This document shows positions 11,256 through 18,460 of a stretch of 64,000 nucleotides of DNA, in pieces. Position numbers and translations under genes: made by a program. Source of the DNA: Candidatus Nanopelagicales bacterium (lineage in GTDB: Bacteria; Actinomycetota; Actinomycetes; S36-B12); contig JBBARV010000002.1 of the NCBI GenBank assembly GCA_040399625.1, positions 83,599 through 147,598 of the forward strand, written 5' to 3'. The notes under the pieces are model-generated. The model ran no database searches, was not told the origin of the DNA, and saw only the letters and a program-made list of their open reading frames with translations. Position 1 is the first letter of the stretch. The number at the start of each line of letters is the position of its first letter.

Positions 11256-11399
11256 TCAGCCCCAGGACCCGACGAGGATAGACAAGAAATAGACCAGACT
11301 GCCGGTGGCAATTCCGGCCGCAACAACCGATGCTCCGGTGCGAACTCCACTGGGAATCAGGCCAGCCTGATTGTGGAGATACTCGTTAATGGTGCTCAT
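11256..11399 (-). CDS. Small (47 aa) putative membrane protein between mraZ and rsmH
   Basis: ORF track 11256..11444; ATG at 11399 gives [47 protein letters not shown] with one C-terminal TM helix. Its stop lies 5 nt before the rsmH ATG. No family recognised. Confidence 0.4.
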   Translation of the reverse strand: MSTINEYLHNQAGLIPSGVRTGASVVAAGIATGSLVYFLSILVGSWG

Positions 11400-11485
11400 C
11401 ACTACTTCTTTCCCTCGTGGAACACGATTCGCGGTCGGGTTCAATCCTTTTTTCTGAAGTGCCGTTCTTGGTCAATCAGGTCTCC

Positions 11486-11552
11486 GCCCGCTAGCTCCAA
11501 CTCTCGCCATGTTGCCTGTAGCGGGCCCTGACATCGGGGAAGTGATGTCAGG
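11486..11552 (-). ncRNA. Candidate structured RNA element in the mraZ-rsmH spacer (location of the actinobacterial mraW motif)
   Basis: Two abutting stem-loops. GCCCGCTA (11486-11493) pairs with TAGCGGGC (11519-11526). CCTGACATC (11527-11535) pairs with GATGTCAGG (11544-11552). Identity with the Rfam mraW motif is not verified. Confidence 0.3.
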
Positions 11553-11590
11553 ATCAAAAAGCGGGTAGAGACCTCATTGGCCAATTCGCC

Positions 11591-12022
11591 TTAAAAGATT
11601 CCGGGTATTACCTCCTCGCTCAAAGAGGAAAAGCCTGCTTCTTGACCCGCGAGGTATTCCTCCCACGTGGGTGCATTCCAAATCTCAAGGGTGCTGCCAT
11701 TACCTACGACGACCACATCGCGATCTAGGTCGGCGTAGGAACGAAGCTCGGCGGGGACCATGACGCGACCTTGACGATCGGGAATTTCGTCGACCGCACC
11801 AGAGAACAGGACCCGCAAATAAGCACGAACGCTGGAATCAGAACGCGAGGCCACACTCAGTCGCTCCGCATAGATGGCAAACTCCGCGCTCGGCCACACC
11901 ACAATCGACCGTTCTTGGCCACGAGTGAACACCAGTCCGGCCGCCAGCCCCTCCCGATATTTGGCCGGAAGTACCAGACGACCCTTCTCATCAAGTCGCG
12001 GAGATTGGGTACCAAGAAACAT
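11591..12022 (-). CDS. mraZ: MraZ, dcw-cluster transcriptional regulator
   Basis: MFLGTQSPRLDEKGRLVLPAKYR..., with the duplicated DxxGR motif (DEKGRLVLP, DRQGRVMVP). Start placed at ATG 12022; the ORF track begins at GTG 12031. Confidence 0.93.
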   Translation of the reverse strand: MFLGTQSPRLDEKGRLVLPAKYREGLAAGLVFTRGQERSIVVWPSAEFAIYAERLSVASRSDSSVRAYLRVLFSGAVDEIPDRQGRVMVPAELRSYADLDRDVVVVGNGSTLEIWNAPTWEEYLAGQEAGFSSLSEEVIPGIF

Positions 12023-12078
12023 GTGCCCCACCTCTCACTTTGACCTCATGAATCACCCGGGTAACTCCCAGTGGCGCC

Positions 12079-12106
12079 ACAATACTCCACTTTGCTCCAT
12101 AGTCAA
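12079..12106 (-). promoter_or_regulatory. Putative sigma-A-type promoter of mraZ/dcw operon
   Basis: On the minus strand: TTGACT (12106-12101), 16-nt spacer, TATTGT (12084-12079). It lies about 57 nt upstream of the mraZ ATG. Confidence 0.5.
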
Positions 12107-12117
12107 CCCTTTGACCC

Positions 12118-12135
12118 GAATTTTTATAAAAATTC
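12118..12135. repeat. 18-bp perfect AT-rich palindrome GAATTTTTATAAAAATTC upstream of the dcw promoter
   Basis: Read directly from the sequence; the reverse complement is identical. Lies 12 nt upstream of the putative -35. Confidence 0.9.
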
Positions 12136-12221
12136 CTCCCTTTCAACTCATTCTTTGATTCAGGCGAGTTCCGGGGGGTCAAATGAGCGGAAGTGGGGCT
12201 GCACCCCCTTAAGGTGAGGGC

Positions 12222-13346
12222 GTGCAAACATCCAGGAGTTTTCTGATCGGCGTCGCGCTCCTGGCCCTTATGAGCGGTTGCACACCGTCCACATCTACCG
12301 AGGGGGCTGCCCCTAGTTCTCCCCCCACGAACACACCGGTACCAACAGCAATTCCTAGCCCCTCGCCCAGTCCGACCCTCCCCCAACCCATTCACCCGCT
12401 TACCGGGCTGCCTTATGTCGAATCGCTGCGCCCAGCCTCTTCCACCGGAATGCCCCCCGTGCTCGTGGTCAAAATTGACAACACCCGCAATGCCCAGCCA
12501 CAAGCGGGCGTAGAAGCCGCTGATCTGGTCTATGTCGAAGAGGTCGAGTACGGCATGACCCGACTAGCCGCCATCTTTAGTTCAACCATTCCGACCCGAA
12601 TTGGACCTGTGCGGTCCGCTCGAATCACCGACATTGACCTTTTAGCCCAATACGGTTCACCAGCGTTTGCTTTTTCGGGTGCCCAGCGCACACTCTGGCC
12701 TGCCCTCGCTGATGCACCTTTTATTGACGTGTCAGCTAATAAGGTTCCCCAGGATTATGCAAGGGACTCGACTCGATGGGCTCCCTATGATTATTTCTTC
12801 GATACCGAAACCGCTTTGACACAATCGGAAGGTGTTTCTCCCGCAAAGGACATGGGTTTCACGTTTGCGCAGGAGATTCCAAGCGGGGGCAGCCCTGCCG
12901 TCAGCGCGGAACTCACCTGGCCTTCTTCTTCCCTCAAATTTCGCTATGACCAGAGCCGTGACCAGTACGCGATTCAACTCAATGGTGAGCGAGCAAGTTT
13001 TGAAGAAGTCGAACAGGGAGTAGGCAAAGTTTGGGCTGACACCGCCGTTATTCAATTCGTGGAGCAAACCCAGTCCGTCTACTTCGACAAAGGAGGCGGC
13101 AACACCCCCCATGTCCAGACAATTGGTTCGGGCGAAGCAATAATTTTGCGAAATGGCCTACTCTTCAATGCACGTTGGTCGCGACCAGATTCGCAATCGG
13201 GAACAACTTTCACCGACTCACTTGGTGCCCCAATCCCATTTCACCCGGGTCATACTTGGATCGCCTTGTACAGCAAGGATCGCGATGTCACAATCAAGAG
13301 CGCAAAAATTACTTATGTGCCTGAAACAGCTGTGAGACAAAATTAG
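12222..13346 (+). CDS. DUF3048-family lipoprotein
   Basis: GTG start. Signal peptide with lipobox LMSGC and a Pro/Thr/Ser linker. VLVVKIDNTRNAQPQAGVEAADLVYVEEVEYGMTRLAAIF matches the DUF3048 core. Confidence 0.75.
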   Translation: MQTSRSFLIGVALLALMSGCTPSTSTEGAAPSSPPTNTPVPTAIPSPSPSPTLPQPIHPLTGLPYVESLRPASSTGMPPVLVVKIDNTRNAQPQAGVEAADLVYVEEVEYGMTRLAAIFSSTIPTRIGPVRSARITDIDLLAQYGSPAFAFSGAQRTLWPALADAPFIDVSANKVPQDYARDSTRWAPYDYFFDTETALTQSEGVSPAKDMGFTFAQEIPSGGSPAVSAELTWPSSSLKFRYDQSRDQYAIQLNGERASFEEVEQGVGKVWADTAVIQFVEQTQSVYFDKGGGNTPHVQTIGSGEAIILRNGLLFNARWSRPDSQSGTTFTDSLGAPIPFHPGHTWIALYSKDRDVTIKSAKITYVPETAVRQN

Positions 13347-14326
13347 GCACTTAGCAAGACCCGTGTACCACTGGCTTCAAAATAAAAGACGGCAAACTGG
13401 CCGAATTCACGGGCTATCTGCAAGCCAATTTCGGGTTTCATCCCCCACGCGATGAAACCCGATTCGCGGTGGGTCTGGTCGGGAGAAAAACCATCTGCCT
13501 CCCAGATATCCGAACAATATGTTGTGAGCCTTTTCAAGAGAAGATCATTCGCTCTATTGTTCTCTTCCATACTTGGACGTTCCTCTCCCGGGTTCCAGGC
13601 TGTGATCACCACGCCGGCTAATTCTCGCGAGCGGACTGCTTCCGCACCTTCCTGCCAGAATTGGGAACCGATTGGACGCATTTCGACTTGAGAGGATTCA
13701 TACATTTCGAGTAATTCCTTTCGGACCGGTTTAGTCCCTTGAGCCACTGCGCACTGCAATGAGTGATCCCCCAGCTCAATCACACTGATCCATACCCGCC
13801 AATAGTCACCCGTCTGAACATCGCGCACCAACAGCGATTTCACATCTGCCGCTAAGGCAACCACACTCCAACGAATAATTGAGCCAGCTAGACCCACACC
13901 CGCGGATTTTCCCGCAGCTTCCTTTGCACAGAGGAGGGCAATTGGACTAACAACCGTGGAAAGTTCCTGCTCAACAGCTGTGAATGACTTCAGCAGGCGG
14001 CTCACATCACGGCTAATAAACTCAACATCGACTCCAACCCTTGAATGGGCCGCCACACCAATCGCACATTGACCTGTATGCGCAATAGAAATGTGGGTCT
14101 CCAATGCGCCACCTGTCCACAGAGGCGCTCCCAGCTCTGAATATGTGATTTCACCCCGCTTCTCACCCGATAATTTCTCGGCCGCCTTGCGGGCACAAGC
14201 ACGACCGAGGCCACGCATTTCCGCGATCCCGTTGGACTCCAGGCCAGGGGAATCAAGGTGGCCAACGACCACCTCGACACCCGGGGGCGCAGCAACCAGG
14301 TGATGTAAATCGGTCAAGGCAGCCAT
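13343..14326 (-). CDS. 4'-phosphopantetheinyl transferase (Sfp/EntD type) fused to a C-terminal DUF3293 domain
   Basis: N-terminal ~200 aa carry GAPLW...SIAHTG, VGVDVEF and LCAKEAAGKS (PPTase motifs). C-terminal ~120 aa carry VVITAWNPGEERPSMEENNRAN...ESGFIAWGM...FGQFAVFYF (DUF3293-like). Confidence 0.7.
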   Translation of the reverse strand: MAALTDLHHLVAAPPGVEVVVGHLDSPGLESNGIAEMRGLGRACARKAAEKLSGEKRGEITYSELGAPLWTGGALETHISIAHTGQCAIGVAAHSRVGVDVEFISRDVSRLLKSFTAVEQELSTVVSPIALLCAKEAAGKSAGVGLAGSIIRWSVVALAADVKSLLVRDVQTGDYWRVWISVIELGDHSLQCAVAQGTKPVRKELLEMYESSQVEMRPIGSQFWQEGAEAVRSRELAGVVITAWNPGEERPSMEENNRANDLLLKRLTTYCSDIWEADGFSPDQTHRESGFIAWGMKPEIGLQIAREFGQFAVFYFEASGTRVLLSA

Positions 14327-14448
14327 GCCCAGAGTTTGTCCTATGTGAATTCAAAGACCGGTACACCCCTCCCACATACGGGCGTGACATAGTTGGCTAC
14401 CAATTTCTGGCGTTGCCAAGAAATCTGAGGTGGAAAAGGAGGGATGCA

Positions 14449-16566
14449 ATGTCCAGTGTCGTAGATGACGAACAGGAATTCACCGACACCGCCTATTCCC
14501 TTCTGTCCACTCAACGGGAACACCTATCAACCCGCATGAACAACCTCGCCCTTGCTGCCTCAACTGGAACGGGACAAGATGATCTTGAACGTGAGGCGCA
14601 TGCAGACAATTTGCGCTCACAACTACGTTCGGTCGAAGCCGCCAAAGACCGGCTCTACTTTGGGCGAATCATCAGCGACACCCAAGAAACACACCGAATC
14701 GGTCGGATTGGGCTTCGCACAGAATCTGGGGACATGGCCCTGATTGACTGGCGCGCCCCCAACGCCGCGCCTTTTTATCAGGCAACCACTGCCCATCGGA
14801 TGGATACAGTTTTGCGACGTCGGATTTCGATTAAATCTATCCAGGGAAAGCAGGTTGTCACCCACGTTGACGACGAAGTCCTCACCGAGCCAGGTGAGGG
14901 CAGCTACCAGGCCGCAAAAGATTCGGTCGCCGCTCCACGAGATGGCCGAATGGCAGACATACTTTCCACGATTGCAACGGATCAGGATGTCATTATCCGT
15001 AGCCCACTCAATCAAATTACGGTGGTGCAAGGTGGCCCAGGAACTGGGAAAACAGTTGTCGCTTTGCACCGCGCCGCTTGGTTGCTTTACACCTTCCGCG
15101 ATCGGCTGGCAAAAGATGCAATTCTGATCGTCGGACCTAGCACCGCTTTTTTGAGATACATAGATCAGGTACTCCCAAGCCTGGGTGAGACCGATATCGT
15201 CTTGTTGACCCCCGGACAACTCTTTCCCGGTATTAATGCCACCATCGATGAATCGTTTGAAGTCTCAGGTATTAAGGGCCAGGAAAAAATGGCCGAGGTA
15301 TTGACTAATGCGGTCTCACATTGGTCAAATATTCCCGACTCGCTCATCAACATAACCACCGAAGGTGGAACCAAACTTCGCATTACGAGAACCCAGATTC
15401 GCGATTGCGTAAAGTCACTGTCAAAACGCGGCACCTACCATCTGAACAGAGAGATTTTTCTCAAGCGAGTCCTCGAGTATCTGGCGCGCAATTTGGCAAA
15501 CGATCAAGGCCACGAGCAAGTTGACCAAGAGACAAGGAACGAACTGCTCGCTGACTTTATTGACGACCGAAACGTGCGCCGCGTTTTGAATCTAATGTGG
15601 ATGCCTACTACCCCACAGAAAGTTCTCACGAAATTATTTAGTGACAGCGAGTTCCTCAAGTTAGTTTCTCATAACGTTCTTTCAAGTTACGAGCAAAGTT
15701 TGCTCTATCGTGAAGTTGGCGGTGCTTGGACAATCGACGACGTTGCGCTTTTGGATGAATGTGCTGAGCTTCTGGGTGATTGGGTGCGCCCGGTTCCCGA
15801 GTCCCGCGAAACACGTTCTGAATATATGGAGCTTGACGCCGGTGAAATGCGTTACGGAAATCGAGACAGTCGATCTGCTCGAACATCAACCGTCGCCGAA
15901 CGCGCTTATCTTGACCGCGAGTGGATTTATGGGCACATTGTCGTTGACGAAGCGCAGGAATTGAGTCAGATGGCCTGGCGAGCGATCCAGCGCCGAGCCG
16001 TGCGAAAGTCGATGACAATTGTCGGCGACCTTCAACAATCATCACATCCTGCGGGTGCTCGAGACTGGAATGAAGCATTGGCTTGGGCGGGGGAAAAACT
16101 TGCGCTCTTTAGTCTCAATGTCACATATCGCATAACAGAAGAGACGGTACAGACATCAATCGAGCAATTACTTAGAGCAGGGGGTACTGCACCCGAGTTG
16201 GTCTCAATTCGAAATGGCGCGGACACGGTAAACGTCAATCTATTCGAAAGTAACATATTAGCTTTTCTCAAAAATGCCATGGAGGGTCACGCTGGACGTG
16301 CCTGTGTTATTTTGCCAGACGCCCTCTTGACTAAATGGCAAGAAAAATTTCATAACAAGTCGACCGATATTGGATTTGGGCCAGCCGCAATTGACTTTCG
16401 CATCGCTGTATTGAGTGCAAAGGAAACCAAGGGCTTGGAATTCGACATCGTTTTTGTGGTCAATCCTGACCAAATTGGTCTTCAAGGCGTACGTGGTTCT
16501 GACATTTTTGTTGCCTGCACTCGAGCGACCCATCAACTTTATCTGCTCGAAGTTGAACCGGATTAG
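14449..16566 (+). CDS. helD: HelD-like UvrD/Rep-family ATPase (RNA polymerase recycling/protection factor)
   Basis: N-terminal LYFGRI...IGRIGL...LIDWRAPNAAPFYQAT signature, Walker A GGPGTGKT, Walker B VVDEAQE. Start set at ATG 14449, preceded by AAGGAGG; the ORF track begins at TTG 14413. Confidence 0.8.
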   Translation: MSSVVDDEQEFTDTAYSLLSTQREHLSTRMNNLALAASTGTGQDDLEREAHADNLRSQLRSVEAAKDRLYFGRIISDTQETHRIGRIGLRTESGDMALIDWRAPNAAPFYQATTAHRMDTVLRRRISIKSIQGKQVVTHVDDEVLTEPGEGSYQAAKDSVAAPRDGRMADILSTIATDQDVIIRSPLNQITVVQGGPGTGKTVVALHRAAWLLYTFRDRLAKDAILIVGPSTAFLRYIDQVLPSLGETDIVLLTPGQLFPGINATIDESFEVSGIKGQEKMAEVLTNAVSHWSNIPDSLINITTEGGTKLRITRTQIRDCVKSLSKRGTYHLNREIFLKRVLEYLARNLANDQGHEQVDQETRNELLADFIDDRNVRRVLNLMWMPTTPQKVLTKLFSDSEFLKLVSHNVLSSYEQSLLYREVGGAWTIDDVALLDECAELLGDWVRPVPESRETRSEYMELDAGEMRYGNRDSRSARTSTVAERAYLDREWIYGHIVVDEAQELSQMAWRAIQRRAVRKSMTIVGDLQQSSHPAGARDWNEALAWAGEKLALFSLNVTYRITEETVQTSIEQLLRAGGTAPELVSIRNGADTVNVNLFESNILAFLKNAMEGHAGRACVILPDALLTKWQEKFHNKSTDIGFGPAAIDFRIAVLSAKETKGLEFDIVFVVNPDQIGLQGVRGSDIFVACTRATHQLYLLEVEPD

Positions 16567-16763
16567 TCGCCAACCTCAATAGGCTTGAGTCCACGGGCGA
16601 TAGCGATCAACTGCTGGAATGTGAGCCCAACACTCTCGATGATTATTGAAGTCCCGTGAGGTGTTTCCATAACTAGCAAGCCGCCAAATAAACTCACATT
16701 TGCTCGAGAACAAGCCTTTTTTTCAACTGGGGCCAGGTCAGGTTCAGAGACAGCGCAGTTGGC

Positions 16764-17198
16764 TTAGATAGTGGCGTTCACCTCAGCACCACTTGTATTC
16801 ATTTTGATGTCTCGTTGTGACACGATTTTTTGTCCCGGATCTGCTACTCGACGGGCAGCCCATTTAGCACTCGCATACTTCTCCATCAAAGAGAAGGCTG
16901 CTTGACGACCCTTGTAACTTGCCGTAATTAACATCGATGAATACTTGACTCCGTTGCCTGACTTAGTCTTTTGTGTGAATGCCAAAACATCAATTCGTGA
17001 GTCCTGCTTTAACCCGGCACGAAACGAAGGGTAGTATGGACTTCCTTTCGAATCCAACGCCAATGCAGCGCCCTGCCAAGTTGGATAGGAATCGGCTATA
17101 GCCTTAGCCGAAAAGGCAGGTGTTGGAATAATTCCGGATATCACCAGAGCGGTGACCACAAAAAACAACAGTCGCTGCGCGCGCACCCGCAAGTCCAA
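16764..17198 (-). CDS. Secreted hypothetical protein
   Basis: 144 aa with an N-terminal signal peptide (…LLFFVVTALVISGIIPTPAFSA/KA). No family recognised. TTG/GTG start is ambiguous. Confidence 0.5.
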   Translation of the reverse strand: MDLRVRAQRLLFFVVTALVISGIIPTPAFSAKAIADSYPTWQGAALALDSKGSPYYPSFRAGLKQDSRIDVLAFTQKTKSGNGVKYSSMLITASYKGRQAAFSLMEKYASAKWAARRVADPGQKIVSQRDIKMNTSGAEVNATI

Positions 17199-17324
17199 TC
17201 TCTTCGTTAATTAATATCTACCGTATCAGTTTGACTGCTCTCCCAGCGGCCAGAAAATTAGTTAAAGAATTTTCACCGCGACGAATACTTTTATGAAGAG
17301 AGTCCAATTGAAGTCTTTGCAGCG

Positions 17325-17894
17325 TTAAATATTTTCTATCTCACCCTTGCTATCTTCCATAGCGAATGTCATGTCAACTTTGGGCAGCAATGGCGCCCAA
17401 TCAAAGACAACTTCAGTACCCAGTAAAACGTCCTGCAATGATCTGTTTTTGCTACTGAAAATTGACCATAGTAGGCCGATGGCAAAAACAACCGACAGGG
17501 CCGATCGAAGGGCGGCCAATCCGAGTCCAAGGTGCGCACCTTGCTTCCGCTGTACGCGAAGCCCCATCAAAATATTTCCAAGTGAGCGACCCCCGATCGA
17601 CCAACTCCAGGTCCAATAAAGCCACATCAGCACATACCCGATGATCAATAATGGAATTCCAGTTGCCGATGGCAAGATATAGAAAACGTTGAGGATGTAT
17701 CGGAGTGCCTCCCAACCACCCCAGGCGCCTAAAACGAGTAGCGCAACCAGCGCAATGTCTATGAATACCGCAATCAAGCGACTAGTAAACCCGGCACTCA
17801 AACCTTGGATAGAACGAGCACGTTCCGGTAATGAAGTGAAATGGACTTCGGAACCTGGGACAAAAGTCTTGCTGAACTGGCTAAATGAGGTCAT
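17325..17894 (-). CDS. RDD-family membrane protein
   Basis: RLIAVFIDIALVALLVLG... with 3-4 TM helices. Start placed at ATG 17894 (MTSFSQF...), overlapping the upstream gene's stop by 14 nt; the ORF track extends to 18062. Confidence 0.65.
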   Translation of the reverse strand: MTSFSQFSKTFVPGSEVHFTSLPERARSIQGLSAGFTSRLIAVFIDIALVALLVLGAWGGWEALRYILNVFYILPSATGIPLLIIGYVLMWLYWTWSWSIGGRSLGNILMGLRVQRKQGAHLGLGLAALRSALSVVFAIGLLWSIFSSKNRSLQDVLLGTEVVFDWAPLLPKVDMTFAMEDSKGEIENI

Positions 17895-18447
17895 GTTCCA
17901 CCGATACTTCTCGCGCCCCAGCTCGCTTTGTCCCTCGGAATAGAACCCGATCCACAATTTGACTGACAAAGTTGTCGGTTTGAATCGCTTGGAAACGCAA
18001 AGTTCCCAGCAATCCATCAGCGACGCCACCTGTACTTTCCCGCACCAAACTCGGCAAGTCAATTTCCTCGATTACGTAGTCGGCAATTTCGGCCATAGGA
18101 ACGCGATCAAGGATCGGCGTGATGTCTGCTTGCGCAACGATCTCATTTACGTCAACGTGTTCCTTCACGATCTCATTGATGTCGATCCGGGAGACAATTG
18201 CATTAACTGCAACCGGTACCACGGTGTCAAGAACTGATTTTGCTATTGCCTTTGTGGACTCCGTGACCAAATAAACTGAGGTTTCTGTGGCGAAACGTGC
18301 TAGACCAAATGCTCCTGATCCAACGGAAGTCGCAGTGGAAACAACTGAACTGAAAGGGTTTGTCTTAGTCTGAACAGAGTCATGAATCTCACCCAAATGC
18401 TCTCGTCCATCCGACTCATTAATCACAGGTACATCATGTCCTACCAA
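17881..18447 (-). CDS. Hypothetical protein with D(I/V)NEIV repeats, paired with the RDD protein
   Basis: 188 aa containing RIDINEIVKEHVDVNEIVAQADITPILDRVPMAEIADYVIEEIDLPSLV. Start is TTG 18447 or GTG 18426. No function known to me. Confidence 0.5.
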   Translation of the reverse strand: MVGHDVPVINESDGREHLGEIHDSVQTKTNPFSSVVSTATSVGSGAFGLARFATETSVYLVTESTKAIAKSVLDTVVPVAVNAIVSRIDINEIVKEHVDVNEIVAQADITPILDRVPMAEIADYVIEEIDLPSLVRESTGGVADGLLGTLRFQAIQTDNFVSQIVDRVLFRGTKRAGAREVSVEHDLI

Positions 18448-18460
18448 CTATGCTGTAGGA

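Noticed and set aside
14623-15219. 198-aa minus-strand ORF inside helD. Similar antisense or off-frame ORFs occur at 4691-5284, 7174-7710, 11991-12503, 9858-10232, 34642-35082 and 41334-41801.
   Set aside because: Each is embedded in a confidently assigned gene on the other strand or frame. None has recognisable motifs, and all are considered shadow ORFs.
16563-16670. 35-codon minus-strand ORF (METPHGTSIIIESVGLTFQQLIAIARGLKPIEVGD) just downstream of helD
   Set aside because: It has no Shine-Dalgarno sequence or promoter context, it is very short, and its stop overlaps the helD stop. There is nothing to separate it from chance.
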